In this document: positions 45,685 through 55,891 of the stretch, in pieces
Layout of the letters: every line of letters starts with the position of its first letter
Numbering within the stretch: position 1 is the stretch's first letter
NCBI GenBank assembly: GCA_023138735.1
Contig: JAGLOY010000064.1
Coordinates: 15,567 to 79,566, forward strand
Source: Candidatus Aegiribacteria sp.
GTDB lineage: Bacteria; Fermentibacterota; Fermentibacteria; Fermentibacterales; JCC-6
Reading direction: 5' to 3'
Length of the DNA stretch: 64,000 nucleotides
Notes under the pieces: generated by a model
Told to the model about the DNA's origin: nothing
Databases searched by the model: none
The model's input: the letters and a program-made list of their open reading frames with translations, nothing else
Program-made: the position numbers and the translations under genes

Positions 45685-47502
45685 ATGTTCATCTTCGGAA
45701 GATCAGGCGGGGGAACTGTTGGTCTTGATATCGGCAGCCATTCAATCAAAGTTGTTCAGTTAACGGGATCAAGCAAATCTCTGACACTATCCAGTTATGC
45801 TATACAGGAGTTGTCTCCTGGCACAATAGTTGACGGGGAAGTTGTTAACCGTGACCACTTGATTGATACGGTTCATGATGTAGTCCGACAGGCAGGTGTT
45901 AAGTCAGGAAACAAGAATATCAATAGTGCTGTTTCAGGAAGAAGCGTCATCGTTCGAAGAATACCAATGGAGAAGATGTCGGAGCAGGATGCCCGACAAG
46001 CTATTCAGTGGGAAGCCGAGACGCATATTCCATTCAGGATAGACGAGGTCAGCCTTGATTTCAAGATTATCAATCCTGAGATATCACCAGGGCAGATGGA
46101 AGTCCTTCTGGTTGCAGCCAAGAAGGAAGTGGTTGATTTACACAGAGGAATTCTGCAGGGAGCAGGTCTCAAGCCATCAACCATCGAGCTTGAGCAGTTC
46201 TCACTGCAAAGGGCTTATCAGCATGCTTACAAACCCAGCGGTGATGAATGTGTCACAATTCTCAACATCGGTGCCGAAGTTACGAACATGGTTGTTGTCA
46301 GAAATGGCCTTCCAAGCTTCAACCGTGATCTTTCCATTGGCGGCTCAAGGTTCGTTGAAGCCCTCCAGAGAACTCTGGGGCTAGATTATGAAGTTGCGCT
46401 GGGAGTACTCAAGGGCAACGTTCCGGATGGTATCTCATCGGATGAAGTTCATACTGCTATCGGCCGGGTGATTGAAGAACTTTCAACCAGTATAAGAAGG
46501 TCATTCATCACCTACCAGGCATCCGGTGAAAATGCCAGAATAGATAAGATGTACATAAGCGGAGGATGTTCTCTGATGCCTGGCCTGGCCTCAATACTGA
46601 GCGAACAGCACGGTCTGCCGGTAGAGCACTTCCAGCCCTTCAGGAATATCACAATACCTGAAGATGTCATAAGCGATAGTGAAATAGACTCGATGAGTGC
46701 GATTCTCGCAGTATGTGTAGGCCTTGCTCTCAGAGGTTATGAACCCTGCATGGTTGACATCAACATACTTGAGGAGCCTGAAGGCAGGAAAAGAAAAGCT
46801 TCGGGTGCTCCAGCAGAAGTCAAGTCAACAGCACTCCTGACAATACTTTGCGTTATTCCTTACCTTGCTTTAATCGCAGGCGGAATAATCGCGTACAAGG
46901 ACTATCAGGATCTCAAGGAACATGAAGTTGAAGTGAACGAAGAGATCCAGGATGTCCAGGATCAGATTTCGCAGCTGGGTATTCAGATGGATCAGCAGGC
47001 AGAGGCCAACAGGCTGAGTGCAGCTGTAGACAGGAAGCTTCAGCAGATCCTCGAACTTTCATTGAGTCAGAAATATACAGTTTACGTTATCGAGTATCTC
47101 TGCAGGGCTGTCTATCCCGAGGCGATCACTCCGGGCAGCCGGATCGATAAGGGTATTTATCTTACAAGTCTCATGCTTCTTCCAACGGAAGTGTACATCA
47201 CAGGTGTTGCAAAAACCTGGGGTGACATAATCGAATTCCAGCGTGATGTAGCGGAAATCATGCCCGATGGAAGGACGCCGCTGTTCACTCTTGATGATTA
47301 TGGACAGACATATACACTAGCTTCCGAGGCAAGCAGAACTGGAAGCAGAAGATATAACTTCGAAATGATCATTGGAGTGAACCCCTTCGCGCTGTCATCG
47401 CTGGTGGGAGAGTTTGCCAGTGATGCCGGGGTTTCAATGGAAGCTGTAGAAGAATCCGAAAATACTGAGGATAGTCCTGATAATACAGGGGAGGAATCAT
47501 GA
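45685..47502 (+). CDS. pilM: type IV pilus assembly PilM-PilN fusion protein
   Basis: An N-terminal actin-like PilM region (GLDIGSHSIKVVQL) is followed by a TM segment, a coiled coil and a PilN-like periplasmic domain. It has an RBS (aggaaaggaag). Confidence 0.7.
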   Translation: MFIFGRSGGGTVGLDIGSHSIKVVQLTGSSKSLTLSSYAIQELSPGTIVDGEVVNRDHLIDTVHDVVRQAGVKSGNKNINSAVSGRSVIVRRIPMEKMSEQDARQAIQWEAETHIPFRIDEVSLDFKIINPEISPGQMEVLLVAAKKEVVDLHRGILQGAGLKPSTIELEQFSLQRAYQHAYKPSGDECVTILNIGAEVTNMVVVRNGLPSFNRDLSIGGSRFVEALQRTLGLDYEVALGVLKGNVPDGISSDEVHTAIGRVIEELSTSIRRSFITYQASGENARIDKMYISGGCSLMPGLASILSEQHGLPVEHFQPFRNITIPEDVISDSEIDSMSAILAVCVGLALRGYEPCMVDINILEEPEGRKRKASGAPAEVKSTALLTILCVIPYLALIAGGIIAYKDYQDLKEHEVEVNEEIQDVQDQISQLGIQMDQQAEANRLSAAVDRKLQQILELSLSQKYTVYVIEYLCRAVYPEAITPGSRIDKGIYLTSLMLLPTEVYITGVAKTWGDIIEFQRDVAEIMPDGRTPLFTLDDYGQTYTLASEASRTGSRRYNFEMIIGVNPFALSSLVGEFASDAGVSMEAVEESENTEDSPDNTGEES

Positions 47503-47915
47503 AAATATTTGCGATTTCAGTTTTAAGTCTGCTGGTTATACTGGCAGTCGTGGGATGCAATCCGGTTGGGATGGACAAAACACGGGTTTTCGTGACAGGG
47601 ATCATTTATACCGATGCTTCTGAGACTGTCAGAGCCCCAGGCATAGGTGTAGCAACGACACAAACTCCGGAAACCTACGTTACCGAGACAAATGCCAACG
47701 GAGTATTCTGGATGGAGATGCAGCTCTGGCCGGAGACTGGAATTAGCGGCAGCTCGCAGAGCGGTATCGCTGGAAGTATTGAGTTTGGACTTCGCGCCTT
47801 TGATGCTGCATCAAATATGTACTACTACGGTGGAGATCAAGAGTATACATTCACCGTTTTCGGCGGTGATACATTGAACTTGTATTCAATCAACCTAACA
47901 ATGTTCACAGATTAG
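47499..47915 (+). CDS. lipoprotein, hypothetical (inserted within pil operon)
   Basis: It has a lipobox (VVGCN). It overlaps the upstream gene by ATGA. Confidence 0.45.
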   Translation: MKIFAISVLSLLVILAVVGCNPVGMDKTRVFVTGIIYTDASETVRAPGIGVATTQTPETYVTETNANGVFWMEMQLWPETGISGSSQSGIAGSIEFGLRAFDAASNMYYYGGDQEYTFTVFGGDTLNLYSINLTMFTD

Positions 47916-47977
47916 CAGGTAATACAGATGGAATACTCGTTTAAAGTTAAACAGCCAGGAAATATAGGGGGTTTGGT

Positions 47978-48535
47978 ATGAATGCCTATCTCAGAGACCC
48001 CAGGTTTTACATTCTGATAGTCGGTATTCTTCTTGTCGTTGCGCTGATATACCTGTATCCCAGGGAATTTTCTTCCGAGGTGAAGGTGAGGATCGAGCAG
48101 GCCGAGCAGAATCTGGAAATGAAAAGAGCCGAACTCATCTCGCTTCAGTCGGGAACAGCATCGGATATGGCAATCACAGAACAGGAGATCAATCGCCTGA
48201 CTCTGCAGCTTGCGGAACTTGATAGATACCTTCCAAGAAGCTACGATCAGGATGAAATAATGGATATGCTGACCGAAAACGCAGAGAACAGCGGTTTGCA
48301 GATTTATTCTCTCACTCCGCTGCCGCCGACAACTCAGGGGGATTTCCTTGTTTACGGATGGCAGATGCAACTGACCGGACGTTTTCATAGACTTGGTGTC
48401 TTTCTTGATCAGCTGACTCAGCAGATGATGCTAACAGCAGTAACTGATATGACAATAATTCAGAAAAAGGCTTCCGACGGAAGCTACGACAATATGGAGG
48501 CTAATTTCACAATTTCAGCCTTCGTGCAGCCATAA
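47978..48535 (+). CDS. pilO: type IV pilus assembly protein PilO
   Basis: A TM segment and coiled coil are followed by a PilO-like domain. Confidence 0.6.
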   Translation: MNAYLRDPRFYILIVGILLVVALIYLYPREFSSEVKVRIEQAEQNLEMKRAELISLQSGTASDMAITEQEINRLTLQLAELDRYLPRSYDQDEIMDMLTENAENSGLQIYSLTPLPPTTQGDFLVYGWQMQLTGRFHRLGVFLDQLTQQMMLTAVTDMTIIQKKASDGSYDNMEANFTISAFVQP

Positions 48536-48552
48536 GGAGGGAGGATTAAGAG

Positions 48553-49965
48553 ATGAGTATCTCAAAACTAACTTATACAGCCCTTCTCACAGCTGCTGTA
48601 ACATTCCTGTTTTTCGGCTGTGGAGAGAGTACGGATGAAGCAACTGAAACGGTTGACGATCCAGGGGTATCCATAACTGTTGTATCCAGCTCCGATGTTT
48701 TCGGCTGGATAGAGATGACCCTATCGCAGGCTCCTCCCAGGATGGCAGAGGCGGGAGAAGAAAATACATGGCTGCTTTTCGAAGGGGGCACCCTTCTGCG
48801 GTTCAGCAGAATGGACGGAAAATGGAACGCCTACTCCCTTGAGGATCTCAGCGATGTCATCGATTTTGATCTGAATGGAGAAACTCCTTCATTCATCACC
48901 GAAAGCGAATATCTCGTTTTCAACCATAACAGCTGCGATGCTGTTTCAGAACCGCTTCCTGAGGGTTTCTCCCCGATGGAGCTTGAGATAAATAACGATG
49001 ATATAGCAGTTCTGAGCACTGGCGGAGATATTGCGATCCGGGAGGAGGATGGCTTCACGGTATATACGGCTTCTGAAGAACTGAATCCCCAGGGTGATCT
49101 TCAGAGGATTGGCCCGGACTGGATCTTCAAACTTGAAGGAGGCGGTCTGGCACTGTTCGATCCCTCCGTTGCACTGTGGCAGTTTGAGGAATCTCCGGAT
49201 GGTGATATACTGACTTCATCAGATAATATTCTCTTTATAGGCGTCAATGACACCATATATGTAAGAACTTTGCCGGGGGAATGGAATTATCACTCTGATG
49301 GTCATCTGTTTGATGGAGGTCTTGTTCTTACAGAGAATGGTATTTCAACAGTCATGTCACCAGGGGAGATAATCGCTGAAGCTCCTTCCTTTGAACCAAC
49401 AAGATTATTTGCAATGTCAAGCTTCCGGCAGCCTGTATGGGCTATTGATGATCTTGGAATAGCGGTCTACGCCGGGTTGGGCACAGTAGAAACCAACCTT
49501 CCTTATTACGAAACCCAGCGTGTATCCTGTTCAATGGCCGGACAGAGCGCAACTGGAATGCAGGGCTCAACTGAGTCTGTGAACGACATAATACAGGCAG
49601 GCAGTGCTACATTCAGAATATATGAATCAGTTTCCATCAGACCCGATCCGTTCACCGAATTCTCTACTGAGGGAAGGGACGCGAGAAGGACTCTTGATGT
49701 CATTTCGGTCGAGGAATTCAGATTGGTTGGAATTACGCTTGATCCTGTCGGTGGAGATCAGGCAATGGTTGAAGATGGAATTGGTGTACCATACATCCTC
49801 TACGAAGGAACAATCCTTGCTAACAATTCTCACGTTGCCGAAATTACGAGTAATGAAGTTATTGTAATTCAGGATGTTATTGTTGATTACAGCGCAAGAG
49901 GTGGAGGGGAGACGACGATCCCCACCATTTATTCTTTGCGTTTACATGAAGAAGGTGGTTTGTGA
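48553..49965 (+). CDS. 470-aa lipoprotein in the PilP position, hypothetical
   Basis: It has a lipobox (FFGCG). It overlaps pilQ. Confidence 0.4.
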   Translation: MSISKLTYTALLTAAVTFLFFGCGESTDEATETVDDPGVSITVVSSSDVFGWIEMTLSQAPPRMAEAGEENTWLLFEGGTLLRFSRMDGKWNAYSLEDLSDVIDFDLNGETPSFITESEYLVFNHNSCDAVSEPLPEGFSPMELEINNDDIAVLSTGGDIAIREEDGFTVYTASEELNPQGDLQRIGPDWIFKLEGGGLALFDPSVALWQFEESPDGDILTSSDNILFIGVNDTIYVRTLPGEWNYHSDGHLFDGGLVLTENGISTVMSPGEIIAEAPSFEPTRLFAMSSFRQPVWAIDDLGIAVYAGLGTVETNLPYYETQRVSCSMAGQSATGMQGSTESVNDIIQAGSATFRIYESVSIRPDPFTEFSTEGRDARRTLDVISVEEFRLVGITLDPVGGDQAMVEDGIGVPYILYEGTILANNSHVAEITSNEVIVIQDVIVDYSARGGGETTIPTIYSLRLHEEGGL

Positions 49966-51713
49966 TGCGTCTCTTAACCGTTTGTAGTCTACTGCTGTTG
50001 CTCGCTATACCAGCGGCTGCGTACAGGGTTACCGATATCTCGGTAGTACCCAGCGGCGACGTGACTCTGGTCACACTGACCGCTGATGATGCTATTTCGT
50101 ACGAAAGGTTCCTTCTGACCGATCCTATGAGGATCGTTCTGGATATTGGCGATGCGGTGCATTCGCTGCCGTCAATGGACTTTTCAGTGAACAGGGGAGG
50201 GATTCTGTCCATAAGGACAAGTCAATACAAAGCCCCGCCGGAGGGGATTGTCAGAATAATCATCGATGTCAGCGGTGAGCTTCTCAACTACAGCGCAACC
50301 CTTGACGGGAACCAACTGGTTCTGGAAATGCAGACAGATCCCACAGGGATACCATTTGCTCCGTGGTCTGCTACTTCCGAATACGTTCAGCCTGTACTGA
50401 CAGGAGATGTTGCGCCACTGTCATCACCTGATTACTCGACTCTTTCCGGACAGTCTATCGCAACATCAACAAGAGGTATCCGCATAAGTGAGGTCAACCG
50501 TCAGATAGAGGACGGCTTCCCTGTGGAGTGGTCCGGAACCGGCGGTAGAAGAATAACTATCGATGTTGTTGATGCAAGCATTAGAACCGTTATGAGGGCT
50601 ATTTCTGATGTGAGCGGCATTAACATCATGCTTCCGGAGGATTACACCGCATCGGTCACAGCCCGTTTGCAGAATGTTGGCTGGAGGGATGCACTTACAG
50701 CGATATTGAACTCACAGGGACTGGTTGCCAGCATGCAGGGCAATGTTTTGAGGGTTCTGCTCAGGGATGAGTTCTATACGGAGATAAACCAGATGGCATC
50801 TACACGTCATGACCGAGAGAACCTTCAGGAACTCCAGACTGAGATATATGTGATCAGGTATGCGACAGCTCAAAGCCTGAACAGTGCACTCTCAACAGCT
50901 CTTTCCGACAGAGGACAAATATCTATTGATGATCGGACAAACTCTCTTATCATCACTGATATACCTTACAAGCTGGAGGAGGTCGGCAGGCTGCTGCCTA
51001 TCCTTGACAGTCCGACTGCACAGGTGATGATTGAAGCAAAACTTGTTGAAATCGATGCCAGTTACGCTAACGAAATGGGTATTGACTGGTCCCTTGGAAA
51101 TCTTTCAAGAACGAACGAGCTGGTCCACGGAGGCGCGGCATCCACCGGTCTTGCCGTTGGAGACCCAACGGGATCTTTCTCATTCGGCACCATTACCAGC
51201 ATGTTCGATGTGAACGCTGTCCTTACTCTGCTTGAATCCCAGAATCACGCACATATCCTTTCAGAGCCCAGGATAGCGATAATTGATAACATGACCGGTA
51301 CAGTTATGTCCGGAAAGGAAATACCGCTGACTCTTCTTGATCCGAGCGGAAATATATACATACAGATGTATTCGGTTGGTGTTGAACTGACCGTTACACC
51401 TCATATAAATGCTGATAACAATGTTACACTTGAGCTGTATCCTGTTGTAAGTGAGCTTTCCGCGGAGGCAACTTCCTCGAATCAGCCCATAATCCTTACG
51501 CAGAGCGCCAATACAACCCTCATGATAGACGATGGCGCTACAGCCGTTATAGGTGGAATTATGAGGAGTAAGCAGACAACTGTCAGAAGAGCCATCCCGA
51601 TACTGGGAAGTATTCCTCTGCTCGGTGATCTGCTCTTCTCCTACAATTCCGAACGTGAAGAAAGTACAGAACTTGTAATATTCGTTACTCCGCACATTAT
51701 CAGGCCTTACTAA
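49962..51713 (+). CDS. pilQ: type IV pilus secretin PilQ (AMIN domain + secretin)
   Basis: An N-terminal AMIN-like domain is present. The secretin C-terminus has VIGGIMRSK...IPILGSIPLLGDLF...IFVTPHII. Confidence 0.8.
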   Translation: MMRLLTVCSLLLLLAIPAAAYRVTDISVVPSGDVTLVTLTADDAISYERFLLTDPMRIVLDIGDAVHSLPSMDFSVNRGGILSIRTSQYKAPPEGIVRIIIDVSGELLNYSATLDGNQLVLEMQTDPTGIPFAPWSATSEYVQPVLTGDVAPLSSPDYSTLSGQSIATSTRGIRISEVNRQIEDGFPVEWSGTGGRRITIDVVDASIRTVMRAISDVSGINIMLPEDYTASVTARLQNVGWRDALTAILNSQGLVASMQGNVLRVLLRDEFYTEINQMASTRHDRENLQELQTEIYVIRYATAQSLNSALSTALSDRGQISIDDRTNSLIITDIPYKLEEVGRLLPILDSPTAQVMIEAKLVEIDASYANEMGIDWSLGNLSRTNELVHGGAASTGLAVGDPTGSFSFGTITSMFDVNAVLTLLESQNHAHILSEPRIAIIDNMTGTVMSGKEIPLTLLDPSGNIYIQMYSVGVELTVTPHINADNNVTLELYPVVSELSAEATSSNQPIILTQSANTTLMIDDGATAVIGGIMRSKQTTVRRAIPILGSIPLLGDLLFSYNSEREESTELVIFVTPHIIRPY

Positions 51714-51725
51714 AACAAGGCCAGA

Positions 51726-52262
51726 GTGATCAGACTTGGGCGGGGAAAGTGGAAAGGACACATTCTCCGCCCTTCGTCTAAGCTGTGCAGACCAACATCC
51801 TCACTTCTGAGGGGCGCATTTCTTGATATTGCCGGCAGGGCTCTTGTCGAGTCAGCCATTGTTTGGGATCTCTGTGCAGGATCAGGGGCAGTTGGTCTTG
51901 AAACTTTAAGCTGGGGGGCGTCCTATTGTGTATTTGTTGATAGAAATCCCCGATCAACATCGTTCATCAGATCTTTCCTGAGAGACCATAACGCAATGGA
52001 TGATGCAGCGGTTATTACCGGCAGCATAAGAGAGTATATTAAAAGCACGGATTCCGTTCCGGATATTGTGTACATTGACCCGCCATACAGGTACAGCAGG
52101 ATTTATGATTGGGCCTACAGTATTGAATGGAATGCTATTCTATCACCGAAAGGAGCCGTTTTCGTTGAATGTGGAGATGAGAGCATGATGAAGGAAGGTT
52201 GGAATAAGAGAAAGTACGGAGACAGCTATCTGTTCTGGAAGATGATGAAGGAAGTACAATGA
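51726..52262 (+). CDS. rsmD: 16S rRNA (guanine966-N2)-methyltransferase RsmD
   Basis: It has DLCAGSGAVGLE and the DPPY motif. Confidence 0.8.
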   Translation: MIRLGRGKWKGHILRPSSKLCRPTSSLLRGAFLDIAGRALVESAIVWDLCAGSGAVGLETLSWGASYCVFVDRNPRSTSFIRSFLRDHNAMDDAAVITGSIREYIKSTDSVPDIVYIDPPYRYSRIYDWAYSIEWNAILSPKGAVFVECGDESMMKEGWNKRKYGDSYLFWKMMKEVQ

Positions 52263-52756
52263 GAATAATCTATCCAGGTACATTTGATCCTCTTACACTC
52301 GGACACCTTGACATAATAAGAAGGGCACTCAACATTTTCAGTGATATTGAAGTGGCCGTAGTGACGAGGTCCTACAAATCTCTCTGTTTTTCGGTTGAAG
52401 AGAGGGTAAGACTTATCAGGGAATCTCTGGTTGAAACAGGGCTTTCGCGAATTGAAGTATCGCAATTTGATTCTCTGCTGGTTGATTATATGAATAAGAA
52501 TAATTATCGGACTTTCATACGAGGTCTTCGAGCCAATTCTGATTTTGAATACGAGTTTCAGATGCAGCTGATGAATAGAAGACTGGCACCCGGGATAACA
52601 GGGCTTTATCTTATGCCATCGGAGGACAAAATGTATCTGTCTTCCACGCTCGTAAAGGAGATCGCAAAGTATAACGGAGACGTCTCCACCATGGTTACAA
52701 AATGTGTCAGGAATGCACTTGAGGAACAATTTAGATCTGCGACAGGAGACGGATAA
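52259..52756 (+). CDS. coaD: phosphopantetheine adenylyltransferase
   Basis: The N-terminus YPGTFDPLTLGHLDII matches CoaD. It shows the conserved rsmD-coaD linkage. Confidence 0.9.
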   Translation: MRIIYPGTFDPLTLGHLDIIRRALNIFSDIEVAVVTRSYKSLCFSVEERVRLIRESLVETGLSRIEVSQFDSLLVDYMNKNNYRTFIRGLRANSDFEYEFQMQLMNRRLAPGITGLYLMPSEDKMYLSSTLVKEIAKYNGDVSTMVTKCVRNALEEQFRSATGDG

Positions 52757-52759
52757 CTT

Positions 52760-53914
52760 ATGAAATATTCCAGAACTATCATGTCACTATCACCTTCTGC
52801 GACACTGCAGTTAAGCGCCAAAGCAAAGGAATTGAAGAGATCGGGAAGGGATATCGTATCGCTGACCGCGGGGCAACCTGACTTTCCTACACCTGCTCCG
52901 ATAGCTGAGGCCGGTATTAAAGCGATACTGGAAGGAAAGACCTGTTACACCCCAAGTACCGGCATACTCGAGTTGAGAGAAGCTGTAGCGGAAAGCTATT
53001 CCATCAGAAGAAGTATGAAATGGACCCCCGCGAACGTTGTTGTAAGCTGCGGCGCAAAGCACAATCTGGCAAATCTCATAAGAGCGGCGGTGAATCCCGG
53101 AGACAAAGTGCTTCTTCCAAGGCCGTACTGGGTCAGTTATCCCGAGATGGTCAAGGCTTCGGGAGGAATACCTGTTTTACCGGAGATATGCATTGATCCT
53201 GAGGAAATACTTAAAGCAGCAGAGCAGGGCGCAGTTGGGGTGCTCCTGAATTACCCCTCCAACCCATCCGGATACGTCCCATCAGCTGATGAGATAAGAA
53301 ACATCGCAGATGCCATTGCTGATACGGATATGTGGGTTATCTCAGATGATATCTATGAAGATCTCGTTTACATTGAAGGTGCTGCCCCCCACATTCTTGA
53401 TTTCAGACCGGAACTAAGCTCGAGAACTGCTGTTGTCTCAGGTGTATCGAAAACCTATGCCATGACGGGATGGAGGATCGGCTACTCACTTGCAAACACC
53501 GAATGGTCAAAACTTACCGGTATATTTCAGGCACATTCCACGTCAAACCCCTGTTCTATATCTCAGTGGGCAGCCCTCGCAGCTGTCGAAGGAAAGGCTG
53601 ATAAAGAGAAAAATGAAATGTACAGCTCCTTTCGGAATAGAAGGGATCTGATATGTTCGATACTTTCGGAGGTAGAAGGTTTGCAATTCGAGAGACCGGA
53701 AGGAGCATTTTACGTGTTTCCCAGATTACCTGCTGAACAGGATACTGCTGCATTTTGCAGTGAACTACTGGAAGAAGAGGGACTGGCAGTGATACCTGGT
53801 TCTGCATTTGGAGCTGAAGGATTTATCAGGCTATCTTTTGCAGCATCAGATGATGATATTCGGGAAGGTGTGAACAGATTGAACAGATTCCTGCGCAGGA
53901 GGTACACTCTATGA
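52760..53914 (+). CDS. PLP-dependent aminotransferase class I/II (aspartate aminotransferase-like)
   Basis: The PLP-lysine block SGVSKTYAMTGWRIGY is present. Confidence 0.8.
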   Translation: MKYSRTIMSLSPSATLQLSAKAKELKRSGRDIVSLTAGQPDFPTPAPIAEAGIKAILEGKTCYTPSTGILELREAVAESYSIRRSMKWTPANVVVSCGAKHNLANLIRAAVNPGDKVLLPRPYWVSYPEMVKASGGIPVLPEICIDPEEILKAAEQGAVGVLLNYPSNPSGYVPSADEIRNIADAIADTDMWVISDDIYEDLVYIEGAAPHILDFRPELSSRTAVVSGVSKTYAMTGWRIGYSLANTEWSKLTGIFQAHSTSNPCSISQWAALAAVEGKADKEKNEMYSSFRNRRDLICSILSEVEGLQFERPEGAFYVFPRLPAEQDTAAFCSELLEEEGLAVIPGSAFGAEGFIRLSFAASDDDIREGVNRLNRFLRRRYTL

Positions 53915-54333
53915 TTGTCAACTGTCCTAATTGTGATAGTAAGTATAATATTCCTGAGAATAAGATAGGAAACTCACCCAAGCGCTTTCGATGCAGGAAA
54001 TGTTCCGAGATTTTCATTATTAATCCCCCGAAGGATCAAACATCAGGTACCGCAGATGTTTCCTTCGCTGAAGACAGTGAAGAGCAGAGAGCTGCGAGAT
54101 TTGCGAGGGTTCTTGCAAGCGATATGCTTATCTACAACCGGGAATTGATTGATGAAGCCCTGAAAGAAGGCAACCTTCCCGAAGTAATGAGCGGAGAAAT
54201 TCAGAAATCCTGGGATCTGTGGAAAAGCAGATTTCCCGAAGAATGTGAAGCCGACCCTGATATTTTCAGCGATGCACTGAACCAGTTCCTGGCCGATGGA
54301 GAGAAGATATTCAGAAGCCAGGATTACTCCTGA
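53911..54333 (+). CDS. MJ0042-type zinc-finger domain protein
   Basis: It has the CPNC...CRKC motif. Confidence 0.5.
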   Translation: MIVNCPNCDSKYNIPENKIGNSPKRFRCRKCSEIFIINPPKDQTSGTADVSFAEDSEEQRAARFARVLASDMLIYNRELIDEALKEGNLPEVMSGEIQKSWDLWKSRFPEECEADPDIFSDALNQFLADGEKIFRSQDYS

Positions 54334-54344
54334 TACTCTTTATT

Positions 54345-54914
54345 CTATATATCTCCCCTTATCCTGCTGCGGACCATCCTGAATACTATATGACATAGCA
54401 TGAGATGAATATCTTCGATATGCTGCATATCTTCACTGGGGACTATTATAGATAACTTCGCCTCCTTCACGGCTTCCCCGCCGCTGTAACCTGAGAACAA
54501 CACTGAAACAGCGCCGATTCCGTTGGCTACTCTCAAAGCATTTATGACATTGGGACTCATTCCGCTTCCGGAAAGACCAATGACCACATCTCCTTCTTCA
54601 ACAAGGTTTTTCAGCTGTTCACCGAAGGTATTTGTGTAATCTGTATCATTTGCCCATGCAGTTATCAGCGGTACGTTGTCGGAGAGACTAACAGCCTTCA
54701 GTCTGGTTTTCCCCGGAGTTGCAGTACCTTTTGCCAGGTCACATACGAAATGGCTGGCAGTGGCAGATCCTCCTCCATTACCGAAAATGAAAATCCTCAT
54801 GCCTTTGTTGTAGGCTTCGAATATGATCCCGACAAGTTCTTCAATATTCTTCGATGGAATTCTATGAACGAGAGTGCTTATCTGATCAAAATATGTGTTT
54901 ATTTCTTTCTGCAT
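54345..54914 (-). CDS. gmhA: SIS-domain sedoheptulose-7-phosphate isomerase-like
   Basis: It is 189 aa with a SIS fold and the GNGGSATASHF motif. Confidence 0.65.
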   Translation of the reverse strand: MQKEINTYFDQISTLVHRIPSKNIEELVGIIFEAYNKGMRIFIFGNGGGSATASHFVCDLAKGTATPGKTRLKAVSLSDNVPLITAWANDTDYTNTFGEQLKNLVEEGDVVIGLSGSGMSPNVINALRVANGIGAVSVLFSGYSGGEAVKEAKLSIIVPSEDMQHIEDIHLMLCHIVFRMVRSRIRGDI

Positions 54915-54925
54915 GTTTTCTCCTA

Positions 54926-55891
54926 TCAGAACACTTTCAGATATTTATCATCAGCGATGGTTCGCTTCGGTATTTTCGATCGGGGCATTACAAGTACATT
55001 CTTTAAAGCGCAGTCAGTTCCGATGACCGCATCTGATAGTACAACACAATTCTCAAGAGAGCAACCTTCCGAGATATTGGCTCCTTTCTCAGCCCAGAAT
55101 GTGCCTTTTAGTTCAATATTATCGTATGATTGAGTGTTCTCTATCAACATGCCGTTCATGATGTTACCCGTACATGCATATGATGTCAGTCTGCCAGAGA
55201 GAACATCGTGACAGGCTATCAGATAACTTTTTCCCGTGCCGATGTCTCTTGTGTACCCGCCAGGGGTATCTGCAGCTAGAACACGCCCTTCGTTTAGTAG
55301 TTTCGGGAATATATTCATCCCGAAATCTGAGAATTCTCCTTCCCTCAGATGTTCAACCGCAGAGTATCTGCAGATGTATAACCCGGAGTTGGCCAGATTT
55401 GATTCAGCGATTTCGTCTGGAGGTTTCTCGCGGAAATATGAAACTGTTCCGTCCGGTTCGGTAAGGACTATGCCCTTACTTGAGGGTTCCCCGGTTGGAG
55501 CAAGGGCAATAGTCACCTCAGAATCCAGCCGGCGGTGAAGCTCCATAAGGGGGGCAACAGGCTGTCTTGTGAGAGTGTCGCCGTATACAACCAGGAATTC
55601 CTCCCCAAGGGATGGAAGGGCTTTCCGGACCGCTCCAGCGGTTCCCAGCGGTTCTTCTTCCCTCTGGAAAAGTACATTCAGGGGCAGGTCAGCGTTCTTA
55701 AGATAATCCTCGATCATATCTGCCATCCATGAACCGTTAACTACGGCTGTATCAACTCCCAGCGAATGAAGATGCAGCAATGTATCATGGATAAGTGTAA
55801 AGCCTGCGATTCTGATAAGAGGCTTCGGAAGAGAATCCGTAAGCGGTTTCAACCTGGTTCCCCACCCTGCGCAAAGCAACATGGCTTTCAT
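54926..55891 (-). CDS. NDP-sugar pyrophosphorylase (nucleotidyltransferase + hexapeptide C-terminus), heptose/mannose-1-P guanylyltransferase-like
   Basis: The N-terminus is LLCAGWGTRLKPLT...KPL. Confidence 0.6.
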   Translation of the reverse strand: MKAMLLCAGWGTRLKPLTDSLPKPLIRIAGFTLIHDTLLHLHSLGVDTAVVNGSWMADMIEDYLKNADLPLNVLFQREEEPLGTAGAVRKALPSLGEEFLVVYGDTLTRQPVAPLMELHRRLDSEVTIALAPTGEPSSKGIVLTEPDGTVSYFREKPPDEIAESNLANSGLYICRYSAVEHLREGEFSDFGMNIFPKLLNEGRVLAADTPGGYTRDIGTGKSYLIACHDVLSGRLTSYACTGNIMNGMLIENTQSYDNIELKGTFWAEKGANISEGCSLENCVVLSDAVIGTDCALKNVLVMPRSKIPKRTIADDKYLKVF

